Shown: one piece after another, positions 1 through 8,291 of the stretch
Position numbering within the stretch: position 1 is the first letter of the stretch
Layout: every line of letters begins with the position of its first letter
Origin: Myxococcales bacterium
GTDB lineage: Bacteria; Desulfobacterota; Binatia; HRBIN30
NCBI GenBank assembly: GCA_037445065.1
Contig: JBBILD010000004.1
Location: 32,001 to 96,000, forward strand
DNA length: 64,000 nucleotides
Reading direction: 5' to 3'
Translations under genes and position numbers: made by a program
Notes under the pieces: generated by a model
What the model saw: only the letters and a program-made list of their open reading frames with translations
The model's database searches: none
What the model was told of the DNA's origin: nothing

Positions 1-348
1 ATAGGCGCCCGCCGGAAGTTCAATTCGATACTGCCCGTCTAGATCGGACTGGGTCTTCCGATTAGTCCCGACCACTTCGATCCCTGCCTCGATGATCGGC
101 AGCCGCGAGCGCGCGTCTCGGATCACGCCCGTGATCGTCCCCTTCGCTTCCTGCGCGGCTGGCTGGCCGGCACTTTCCATCGGCAGGGCGGAAACAACGG
201 TGGCCACGATGGCCGCCGCCACCCAACGGAGCAAAGTGGCGAGGGGGCGAAGGGGGCTGAGCGAGCGCTTGTCCTGATTTGTTGCAGCGGCACGCAGCGT
301 CGGAAGTGCACGGCCGAGAGTTTGTGCGTTCGTAGCTCGCTGAGTCAC
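1..348 (-). CDS. Probable TonB-dependent receptor, N-terminal part (signal peptide + carboxypeptidase-regulatory-like domain); runs off the window start
   Basis: Not in the ORF track. Manual minus-strand translation gives LLRWVAAAIVATVVSALPMESAGQPAAQEAKGTITGVIRDARSRLPIIEAGIEVVGTNRKTQSDLDGQYRIELPAGAY, typical of the N-terminal domain of TBDRs. In-frame GTG at 348, upstream stop at 358-360; tonB/exbBD nearby. Start uncertain. Confidence 0.75.
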   Translation of the reverse strand, partial: MTQRATNAQTLGRALPTLRAAATNQDKRSLSPLRPLATLLRWVAAAIVATVVSALPMESAGQPAAQEAKGTITGVIRDARSRLPIIEAGIEVVGTNRKTQSDLDGQYRIELPAGAY

Positions 349-382
349 GCCGCGCTTTCAAGCAAGCGACTGTTGGCGCGCG

Positions 383-465
383 GTTACAGCCAAATGAATT
401 CTTGGTGAAGCTCCTTGTCCGCAAAACTTCACCGAAGCTTTGCTGTGGTGTGACCCGCGCTTCAC
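383..465. promoter_or_regulatory. Two Pho-box-like 11-bp-periodic repeat arrays in the divergent intergenic region
   Basis: Minus strand: TTCAC (405-409), TTCAT (394-398), GTAAC (383-387). Plus strand: TTCAC 428, TTTGC 439, GTGAC 450, TTCAC 461. All spaced exactly 11 bp. Confidence 0.55.
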
Positions 466-722
466 GAGCGCCCGGTAATCTGCGGCGCCGATGGAACGAG
501 AACAACGCTTAGGTGCCGCTGGCCGGGGGATGGGAACGTGCTGGGGTACGCGGCGCCAGAAGGAGGTGACTGTATGCGGGCAACTGAGTTCGTTTGATGG
601 CAGACCATTGGTACGCGCGAGCGATGGGCAAAAGTCCAAGCGCGCAAGTTTGGAGCCGCCCGAAGCAGGAGAAGTGGGCGGTCGATCGGACAACACAACA
701 GCTTTGACGGAGGTTCGACAAC

Positions 723-2135
723 ATGAACGATTCAAGAAATACGAAGCGTAAGCAATGGGCCACGCGCCGGGCGGTCCGCACCGTTGCGGTGGGGATCGTC
801 GTGGGTGCAGTAGTGGGCCCCTCCAGTGCGCAGGACGCGCCAAAATGTGCGGCCGCAATTGGCAGAGAAGTACGTGCCTTAGGGAAGTTGGCCGCGCAGG
901 GTCAGGATAAGTGTCATGGCTTGGCGAATAAGTTCGCGGTGCCTGGGGGCTTCTGTAACGACGTCGAGGGAGTGCCGTTCACCGTCCTGGACGGTGGTCG
1001 GTTCGTGAAGGCCAAAGCGAAGAGCTTAGCCAAGTTGCACGGGCCCACGGGCAAATGCCCGTCCCCGGCTGCCGACGCGGTCTTGGATGTCTTGCCCGGT
1101 GGAAACCTCGTTAACAAGCTTCCGTCGGTTCAGGAGCTCGTGACTGAGCGAGCGAGCACGATCCTGGGCGCGGCGAATCTGAATGGAGACGTAGCCAAGA
1201 TCCGCTGTTTCAAGGCGATCTCGGCGACTCGGCGGACCGTTGCGGATAAAATGATGAGCAAAGCGGTCGCTTGCCAGAAGACGAAAACTCCCGGAAGCCC
1301 GCTCGACCCTACGTGCCTGGACGACATGTCGCTCGCGAACTTCCTTGCAGGTCGGGCGACTGCTTTGCAGACAGCGTGTACTGGACTCACGGGATCTGAT
1401 GTCGGGGCTTGCGACCCACTGCCGCAATGCGTCATTGAGGCGGCGCTGGCTGAGGGCAAGGCGCTGGCCAGCCAGGCGTATCCAGGGCAGAATTGCACGA
1501 AGGGAGCGCCGAGCCCTCAGGCCCGCACCGCTTCAGTCTCGATCTCAACTCCCACCGAACTCGGCGGGGTGACGGTGCTCATTCGTTACCCGCGCTTCGA
1601 TGCTGGTATCCCGGACAATGGCAGTGACATCCCGTCCACGACGCTGGATAACGTGGTGCCTGCCTTCACCGACGCGTTCGACCTTGACGACGGAGTCCGA
1701 GTGTCGGCTTTGGACAGCAATGGGATCCAATCCGGCCACGTGTTCGACGTAAAGTTCGATGTGTGTCGCCCGCTCGTTCCGGAGGGTCTGTGCAGCGTGA
1801 CGACGAGCCAGACGTGCACGGCTGGAAATCAGTGTCGGCCACCTGCCTGCCCGAGCTGCAAACCGGCGAACCAGTGCACCATTAGCAACGCGGCCTGTAC
1901 GAGCGACGCAGACTGCGGACCGGCGGGTGGAACTTGTGGCGAGAAATGTCTCCCGCAGGGGCGCTCGTGTAGTTTGAGTCAGTTTTTGAATTGCCAGACC
2001 GACCAGGATTGCCCCCTCACTGAGACGTGCCTCTCGCAACGGGCTCTCACTACCTGCACGGTCGAAGCCGCTGCCGACACCAGCGGGAATCCGGTGGAGG
2101 GGGTCAGTTGTAGCGTCGTGATCAGTGAACCGTAG
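723..2135 (+). CDS. Secreted Cys-rich protein with N-terminal helical Cys repeats and a C-terminal cohesin-like beta-sandwich interrupted by disulfide-rich repeats
   Basis: Signal peptide (VAVGIVVGAVVGPSSA-Q); GGAGG upstream; cohesin-like pattern LGGVTVLIRYP...GVRVSALD..GIQSGHVFDVKFD...CTVEAAADTSGNPVEG. Confidence 0.7.
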   Translation: MNDSRNTKRKQWATRRAVRTVAVGIVVGAVVGPSSAQDAPKCAAAIGREVRALGKLAAQGQDKCHGLANKFAVPGGFCNDVEGVPFTVLDGGRFVKAKAKSLAKLHGPTGKCPSPAADAVLDVLPGGNLVNKLPSVQELVTERASTILGAANLNGDVAKIRCFKAISATRRTVADKMMSKAVACQKTKTPGSPLDPTCLDDMSLANFLAGRATALQTACTGLTGSDVGACDPLPQCVIEAALAEGKALASQAYPGQNCTKGAPSPQARTASVSISTPTELGGVTVLIRYPRFDAGIPDNGSDIPSTTLDNVVPAFTDAFDLDDGVRVSALDSNGIQSGHVFDVKFDVCRPLVPEGLCSVTTSQTCTAGNQCRPPACPSCKPANQCTISNAACTSDADCGPAGGTCGEKCLPQGRSCSLSQFLNCQTDQDCPLTETCLSQRALTTCTVEAAADTSGNPVEGVSCSVVISEP

Positions 2136-2161
2136 CTTGTGTGAAAGAAGGAGAGAGAACC

Positions 2162-3886
2162 ATGAGACAATTCGAGAAGCGATGGATCTTCGTAGCAGCC
2201 ACACTGCTCACGTCCGCATGGGTGGGCCGGCCAGCAGGAGCTGCCTGCACTGGTGACCCGAACGGAGGCGGCATTTCGCTCGCCGACGTGTCGTTAGTTC
2301 TGACCTGCGTCAACAATCCTGGGGCGGCGGCCTGCGCCAGTGCGTGCGGCGGGCAGGGAGTGCTGGACTGCGCGGACGTCAACCTCGACGGGCAGTTGAA
2401 CATCAGTGACGCGGTGATTTTGCTCAACGAGACGAGTCCGGGTTGCAACCGTAACGTGGTGCCGATGTGCCAGAGTGCGGGACCGACCCTGCCCTGCGGC
2501 AGCACGATTGCGAGCGACATCACCAGTAATGTGACCTTGGCTGGGTGTGAGTATTTCTTGGATGGCACGGTCTTCGTGCAGCCCGGCTCAGTAGTAACCA
2601 TTCGCCCGGGTGCCGTAATCAAGGGAAGGAAGGTCTCTTCGGACGGCAGCCCGAGCGCTTTAGTTTTCCTGCGCGGCGACTGCGCGGATCTCGATCCGTT
2701 CACGGCGCGCATCAACGCGGCCGGTACGCCGAGCAGCCCAATCGTGTTCACCTCCGATCAGGCTCCGGGCCAGCGCGCCGCGGGTGATTGGGGGGGTGTG
2801 GCGTTCATGGGCTGTTCGGAAGTCAACTTGCCAGGCGGACAGGGAACTCCGGAAGGACTCGTGGGTGTGATTTTTGGTGGCGGGTCTACGCCACAATTGA
2901 ATGACACGAGCGGATTGGCACGTTACGTTCGGGCCGAATTCGCGGGCCGCGAACTCTCGCCCGACAACGAGTTGAATGTCTGGACGCAGAACGGACTCGG
3001 CAGCTGCACTCGCTTCGACTTTCTCCAAGCCCACATGGGGAAGGACGATGGCTTCGAGTGGTTCGGTGGAACGATCAACCAGAAGTACCTCGTGGCTACG
3101 GCGAATGCGGACGATCAGCTCGATTGGCAGCTCGGAACGGTTAGCAAAATTCAGTTTGCACTCGGTGCCCAGTTCGCGGGAAATCTCGATACTGCGGGAA
3201 GCCACGGGTATGAGTCGGACAACAACGAAAACAACTTCGCAGCCACGCCTGTTTCCGATCCGCGCTTCTGCAACGTAACGCTGATCGGCGCTGCTGGCCA
3301 AGCGGGTCATCCGGCGGGCGACTTCTTCGGCTTCTTCCACCGGCGCGGTACGGGCGGGCGGCTTGCCAACCAGTTGGTTGTCGGGTTCCAGGACGCTGCC
3401 GTTCAGCTCCGCGACGCGGCCACTGGCCAGCACGCTTGCTCCGGGACTTGCCTGGTGTCGGGCAATCCGCGTACGGATGGCGTGACCACCTGCGACGGGT
3501 CACCGTTTACCCTGGGAGGCACGGCGCCGATCTTGCGCCACTATAGCCTGGTCCTCTTCAACAACGGTACCGGCGGTACGGAACTCTGCCGCAACAAAAC
3601 CGGTTCCGGGAATACGGGTGCTGCTTGCAATTCCTGCGAGTACACGGCGCTGTTGCAAGCGGCGGGTGAGATCTCGACGAGTGATCCAGGTTTCAACACG
3701 GCGGGTCCGTTCCCCGCGCCGGGCGTGGTGGACCCACGGCCGACGAACCCTGTGCCAGGGGTCGACTGTGGTGCCCTCTTCAACGACCCGTTCTTCGACA
3801 ACGCGCCCTACGTCGGGGCATTCGATCCGAACGGTCCGAACTGGATGATTACTCCAGGCGGATGGATCAGCTTCGTGACGCAGTAA
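2162..3886 (+). CDS. Secreted protein: N-terminal dockerin-like Ca-binding module + beta-helix domain of the TBDR-associated surface protein type
   Basis: Signal peptide; GDPNGGGISLAD and DVNLDGQLNISD loops; family motifs PIVFTSD, GDWGG, YVRAEFAG, DDGFEWFGGT; ATG 2162 after an AG-rich RBS. Confidence 0.8.
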   Translation: MRQFEKRWIFVAATLLTSAWVGRPAGAACTGDPNGGGISLADVSLVLTCVNNPGAAACASACGGQGVLDCADVNLDGQLNISDAVILLNETSPGCNRNVVPMCQSAGPTLPCGSTIASDITSNVTLAGCEYFLDGTVFVQPGSVVTIRPGAVIKGRKVSSDGSPSALVFLRGDCADLDPFTARINAAGTPSSPIVFTSDQAPGQRAAGDWGGVAFMGCSEVNLPGGQGTPEGLVGVIFGGGSTPQLNDTSGLARYVRAEFAGRELSPDNELNVWTQNGLGSCTRFDFLQAHMGKDDGFEWFGGTINQKYLVATANADDQLDWQLGTVSKIQFALGAQFAGNLDTAGSHGYESDNNENNFAATPVSDPRFCNVTLIGAAGQAGHPAGDFFGFFHRRGTGGRLANQLVVGFQDAAVQLRDAATGQHACSGTCLVSGNPRTDGVTTCDGSPFTLGGTAPILRHYSLVLFNNGTGGTELCRNKTGSGNTGAACNSCEYTALLQAAGEISTSDPGFNTAGPFPAPGVVDPRPTNPVPGVDCGALFNDPFFDNAPYVGAFDPNGPNWMITPGGWISFVTQ

Positions 3887-3901
3887 GTAATGGTCGCACT
3901 C

Positions 3902-3954
3902 GGGCAGGGGCACGGCGACGACTCGCTCGCCGTGCCCCTGCCCAGTTTCTTTTT
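3902..3954 (+). terminator. Rho-independent terminator or mRNA-stabilising hairpin
   Basis: Perfect 17-bp stem (3902-3918 / 3927-3943) followed by AGTTTCTTTTT. Confidence 0.8.
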
Positions 3955-3967
3955 GGAGGAACGATCC

Positions 3968-4507
3968 GTGAAGAGATTCTTGGTGGGTTTCCTAAGCCTC
4001 TGCGTTGCAGTGGCTGCGTCGTATTGGGTGGGAGCCTCAGGAGCAGTGAAAGAAGGCCCCGCTCGGCCTCCGGCTGCGCAGGCCGCCCGCGGCCCGGAGG
4101 ACGTGCTGCGCCAAATGTTTGCGGCACTGCAGCAGGGGGATTTGCAGGCTTTGGAAGGACTGTTGGTTTCGGACCACGAGTATCAGGAACTGATTCTTCC
4201 TGGCTCCGTGCGTCCCGGAGAGCCCGCGATCCGGATGCCGACCGAGAAGGCGGAGTTTTACACACGGTTGCACCGCACGAAGAGCCAGTACGCGCTGGCG
4301 CATTTGATGAATTCGGTACGGCAGGCCGGGGCGGAGCTGAGCGCTGTGCGGTGGGAAGGATCGGTCAAGCATTACGCCACTTACACCTTGCTCCCTAGGC
4401 CCGTGTTGCTGGTTCATGGGCCAGAGGGAAGCGAGGAACTTCGGCCCGGACTGCTTGTAGAATTGAACGGCCGAGTACGCGTCCTTTCGTACTTCAGCGA
4501 TGACTGA
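3968..4507 (+). CDS. Hypothetical exported protein
   Basis: GGAGG RBS before GTG 3968; hydrophobic N-terminus; same direction as flanking genes. Confidence 0.7.
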   Translation: MKRFLVGFLSLCVAVAASYWVGASGAVKEGPARPPAAQAARGPEDVLRQMFAALQQGDLQALEGLLVSDHEYQELILPGSVRPGEPAIRMPTEKAEFYTRLHRTKSQYALAHLMNSVRQAGAELSAVRWEGSVKHYATYTLLPRPVLLVHGPEGSEELRPGLLVELNGRVRVLSYFSDD

Positions 4508-4542
4508 GAATCGGACCCGCGATCGGCGGGTGGGGCAGGATT

Positions 4543-4580
4543 TTCACGCACTGGTAACCATTTCGTCACTGCTGCGTAGC
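4543..4580 (+). promoter_or_regulatory. Pho-box-like array upstream of tonB
   Basis: TTCAC 4543, GTAAC 4554, GTCAC 4565, GTAGC 4576: four units at an 11-bp period. Confidence 0.6.
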
Positions 4581-4618
4581 CTTGGCATGTTAGTTTGGCC
4601 GCCAGTTTGGTTACCGTG

Positions 4619-5380
4619 ATGGAAGCGGCAGTGCAGATTTCCGGTTGGGGTGGCCTCGGTTTTCCAGAAGACCAGCAGCAGCAACAGCGCTGGTTGATTG
4701 CAGCGGTTGTCACCGTGACGCTCTATGCGCTGGCAGTGGTGCTGGTCTGGAGATTTGGCTCCGCACGGACGCCAGAGAAGAAAGAGCCGCCGCCAATCGA
4801 GGTAACGTTCCGGCAGGAGGTCCTGCCTCCTGCGCCGCCTGCTCCCGCGCCGGTCGTGGCACCGCCGCCGGCGGCAGCGCCGGTGGTGCCGAAGCATCTG
4901 AAGGTCCGCAAAGTCGAGCAGCCGCGCCCACCGAAGCCCCTCACGGCGCCGAAAGAAGTGCCGCAAGCCCCGCCGAAAGAAGCGGATCCAAGCGAAGACA
5001 AGGGCGTTGAGGTGGCTGGTGACGCGACCCTTGGCGGCGACCCGGCAGGACTGGAGGGAGGATTGGCGGGAGTGCAAGCGCCGGTGGAGCCGATTGCCCT
5101 ACCCGAAGATGCGGACCCGCCTGTGCCACTCCCCTCTAACCCAATCCCGGAGTACCCGGCACAGGCCAAAGCCGAGGGTAAGGGCGGTCTTGTCGTTCTC
5201 AAGGTGGTGATTGGAGCGGATGGGTTTGTGAAGGACGTGCAGGTGCTGCGCGGGGAGGAGCCGTTCGCGAGCGCGGCGATTCAGGCGGTGCGGCGGTGGA
5301 AGTACCAGCCAGCCCGATACAAGGAGCAGGCGATTACGGTGTACCGGATTATTCAGATTCCGTTCAAGCTGAAAGCTTGA
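4619..5380 (+). CDS. tonB: Energy transducer TonB
   Basis: N-terminal TM helix, Pro-rich linker, TonB_C motif PEYPAQAKAEG..G.VVLKVVIGADG...AVRRWKYQPA. Confidence 0.9.
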   Translation: MEAAVQISGWGGLGFPEDQQQQQRWLIAAVVTVTLYALAVVLVWRFGSARTPEKKEPPPIEVTFRQEVLPPAPPAPAPVVAPPPAAAPVVPKHLKVRKVEQPRPPKPLTAPKEVPQAPPKEADPSEDKGVEVAGDATLGGDPAGLEGGLAGVQAPVEPIALPEDADPPVPLPSNPIPEYPAQAKAEGKGGLVVLKVVIGADGFVKDVQVLRGEEPFASAAIQAVRRWKYQPARYKEQAITVYRIIQIPFKLKA

Positions 5381-5403
5381 GAGAGCACGGAGGAGAAAAC
5401 AAC

Positions 5404-6168
5404 ATGCAGTGGAATTGGCAAGAGATGTGGCAACACATGGGCCTGCCGGCTCTGATCGTGGCAGGCGTACTGGCGACGATGGGCTTCGCCTCGCTGTTGG
5501 TGGTCGTCGAGCGAATGGTGCTGTTTACTCGGGCGAAGTCCCAGCGCTCGCGCTTTCTGCAAGCGGTGGCCGAGGACTTAGCCGAGGGCCGCTTCGAGCG
5601 GGCCGCCGAGGTGGCGCAGTCTTACCCTGGATCACCCGTGGCACGGGTCATCGGGGCAGCGTTGCAAACCCACATCCACGCGCTTCGACATCACGGGGTA
5701 GGAAGCTTGTCGCCGGTGGAGAAGACGCAACGGCACATGGAGCGGTACATCGAGCAGTTGGGTGCAGAACTCCGGCGTGGCTTCGCGGTGCTCTCCGCGG
5801 TCGGTTCCACTGCTCCGTTTGTCGGTTTGCTAGGCACGGTGCTGGGGATCATCACTGCCTTTCAAGGGATCGCCGAGAGTGGTTCTGGCGGGCTCTCCGC
5901 GGTCTCCGCCGGAATCGCTGAAGCGCTGGTCGAGACGGCGTTGGGCCTAGTCGTCGCGATTCCTGCCGTGTTGGCGTTCAATTTCTTGACGACTCGCGCC
6001 AACGCCGAGGAGACCGCGGTGAAGAACGCCCTCGGGGAAATTTTAGACCGGCTGGAGGATTTGGAGGACGTCGGGCCCGTAGCGGTTGCGAGTGGCGCAA
6101 GCCCGGTGCGCCCCGATCGCCGGCCATCCTGGGAGTCTTATGCTGCGGCGGTGGAGGTCGCAGGGTGA
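5404..6168 (+). CDS. exbB: MotA/TolQ/ExbB proton channel protein
   Basis: STAPFVGLLGTVLGII and GIAEALVETALGLVVAIPA motifs. Confidence 0.9.
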   Translation: MQWNWQEMWQHMGLPALIVAGVLATMGFASLLVVVERMVLFTRAKSQRSRFLQAVAEDLAEGRFERAAEVAQSYPGSPVARVIGAALQTHIHALRHHGVGSLSPVEKTQRHMERYIEQLGAELRRGFAVLSAVGSTAPFVGLLGTVLGIITAFQGIAESGSGGLSAVSAGIAEALVETALGLVVAIPAVLAFNFLTTRANAEETAVKNALGEILDRLEDLEDVGPVAVASGASPVRPDRRPSWESYAAAVEVAG

Positions 6169-6626
6169 AACGCCGCAGCATCAAAGGCCACTTCACCGCG
6201 GTGGTACCAGAGATGAACGTGACCCCATTGGTGGATGTCGTCCTGGTGCTGCTCATTATCTTCATGGTGGTGGTGCCGCAGTTGCAACGCGATATCCCGG
6301 TGAATCTGCCATCGGTTCTCAATCCAGATCCGGATGTTCCACAGTCCGTGGAGCCGTTGGTGATCACGCTAGCGAGAGACCAAAGCTTCTTCGTGGGCGA
6401 ACGTCGCGTAAGCGAGGGAGAACTCCAGGACATCTTGCAAGAGACCCGTGTTGCCTCGCCGGAGCGGCGCGTGGTGTTGCGTGCCGATCGCGAGCTGCCC
6501 TGGCAGCACGTCCGTTCCTTCTTGGCCGTGGTGCAAGAAAGGGGCTTCCGCGGCTCTTCATTGATGGTCGGGGATCGCTCGCAACGAACCGGCGACGAGG
6601 CAAAGGAACGGGAGGAGGACCGCTGA
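6165..6626 (+). CDS. exbD: Biopolymer transporter ExbD/TolR
   Basis: EMNVTPLVDVVLVLLIIFMV motif; overlaps the exbB stop. Confidence 0.9.
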   Translation: MKRRSIKGHFTAVVPEMNVTPLVDVVLVLLIIFMVVVPQLQRDIPVNLPSVLNPDPDVPQSVEPLVITLARDQSFFVGERRVSEGELQDILQETRVASPERRVVLRADRELPWQHVRSFLAVVQERGFRGSSLMVGDRSQRTGDEAKEREEDR

Positions 6627-6627
6627 C

Positions 6628-7083
6628 ATGGCGATGACCGTTGGCTCCGGCGCATCGTCGGGTCGAGTACCTGAACCGAGCATGAACGTGACCCCGTTGG
6701 TGGATGTTGTGCTCGTGCTCCTCATCATTTTCATGGTGATCACACCTCTCATGAACAAGAACTTCTGGGTCCATACCCCGAAACAAGAAAAGGTCGAAGT
6801 GGAACAGATCTCGCCCGACAACGCACCGCTTGTTCTCCAAGTGCGCTCCGACCTTAGCCTCAACGTAAACGGGGCACCCGTGGAGCGCGGAGAGCTAGCC
6901 GGGCGCCTGCGGCGCATGTTCGCGGCTCGTGATGACCACGTGCTCTTCGTGGATGCGGCGGACGAAGTTCCGTATGGCCAGCTAGTCGCGATCTTGGACC
7001 AAGCCCGCGAAGGCGGTGCGGTGACAATCGCTCCGCTGACCACACCTTTAGCTTCGCACGGGGGAGCGCCAGGAGGGGGTTGA
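6628..7083 (+). CDS. exbD: Biopolymer transporter ExbD/TolR (second copy)
   Basis: MNVTPLVDVVLVLLIIFMVITP motif. Confidence 0.9.
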   Translation: MAMTVGSGASSGRVPEPSMNVTPLVDVVLVLLIIFMVITPLMNKNFWVHTPKQEKVEVEQISPDNAPLVLQVRSDLSLNVNGAPVERGELAGRLRRMFAARDDHVLFVDAADEVPYGQLVAILDQAREGGAVTIAPLTTPLASHGGAPGGG

Positions 7084-7086
7084 ACG

Positions 7087-7461
7087 ATGAATCGAGTTCA
7101 CGGCCCGGAACTCGGGCAGGTCAAGCGGATGCCCACGGCTTCGCGCGTGCTGGACTTCGGTCCGATCAAAATTGATCTCGACGCTTACGAAGTGGAAGTG
7201 TGCGGCGAGCCCGTAGGGTTGTATCTACGGGAGTTCCAGATCCTCGCGCTGCTGTGCCAGGAGCCACGGCGGGTGTGGACCCGCGAAGAAATCGTACGTG
7301 CGATTTGGGGGGAAGAGTCTGCCGTGGATGTGCGCACAGTGGACGTGCACATCCGCCGCTTGCGCCAACACATGGGAGGACTGCGGCGAGCGGGCGCAGC
7401 GGTGGTGACTGTTCGTGGAGTCGGGTACAAGTTCGACCCGCGCAAGCTGCGTGATCTTTGA
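7087..7461 (+). CDS. Stand-alone OmpR/PhoB-type winged-helix DNA-binding protein (no receiver domain)
   Basis: REFQIL, VWTREEI, RTVDVHIRRLR, TVRGVGYKF motifs; only 124 aa. Confidence 0.85.
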   Translation: MNRVHGPELGQVKRMPTASRVLDFGPIKIDLDAYEVEVCGEPVGLYLREFQILALLCQEPRRVWTREEIVRAIWGEESAVDVRTVDVHIRRLRQHMGGLRRAGAAVVTVRGVGYKFDPRKLRDL

Positions 7462-7819
7462 GGGCGCCGCGATTGTGGCGGGTGCTGGTCCGGGAGCACT
7501 GCGGTGCGATCGGGCGATGGTGGGATTCGCGGCGAGTGCTCGCCTCGAATCATACTGCAAAGGATCTGTTCGGAGGGGCGCACGACCGTCCGCCCCAGCG
7601 GTCTATGCGAACGGGCTGACTGGAAGCGCTCGCCTGTGTTCTTTGAGCCTCCCGTAATCCCGCTCCCGGTCCGGATGGGCTGTCGGGGCGTGTTTTCGGA
7701 AGCCGGCAAGGCCATCACACTCGAGGGCCTGCGAAAAAGTTAAGATTGCTGCCGCATGAGTGGGATCGCAGGGCCTCTGGTAGCCCTTTTTCTGCACGGT
7801 ACGAGGGAAGCCTCGAACT

Positions 7820-8080
7820 CTCCTTATTCACGGAGCCATGATGGTTGCCACCGATGCTTCCTGCGAAGGCATCGCTGAAAGAATTCCCGCGCCTAGCGCG
7901 AGCTGGGGGCTCCACCTTGCCTGACACTCGGGCGACCGCTCCATGGTTCGCACCGGTGCTGCCGATTGCAACGTGTGAGCCCTAACCAGGGCTGGCCACT
8001 CACCGGCGATCCAGCCGCGTTGTGCTGATGACCGGCTGGCCGATATCGGTGGAGAGCAGCTCGGCTCCCTGTTCACGGAG
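7820..8080 (-). other. Structured non-coding element bounded by imperfect 16-bp direct repeats; possible IS110-family non-coding remnant
   Basis: CTCCTTATTCACGGAG (7820-7835) and CTCCCTGTTCACGGAG (8065-8080); several internal hairpins; no credible ORF. Confidence 0.3.
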
Positions 8081-8291
8081 TCCGATCGAGCCCATCCGGC
8101 CCTGCTCCTGTACCCTGGTGTTTCGAGGGAACGCCGCTCGGGCCCGATCGGGAATGGATGGTTCGCCTGTCTCCCGCTCGACACGGAGCCGGTGGGCCTC
8201 ATGGTCTGCGGCTCCTCGGTGTGCCTACTTCCCCGAGACCCACGCTTCGCTTTGCGGCTGCGGGCGGCCGCTTCGGCCTCGATTTCGTCCG

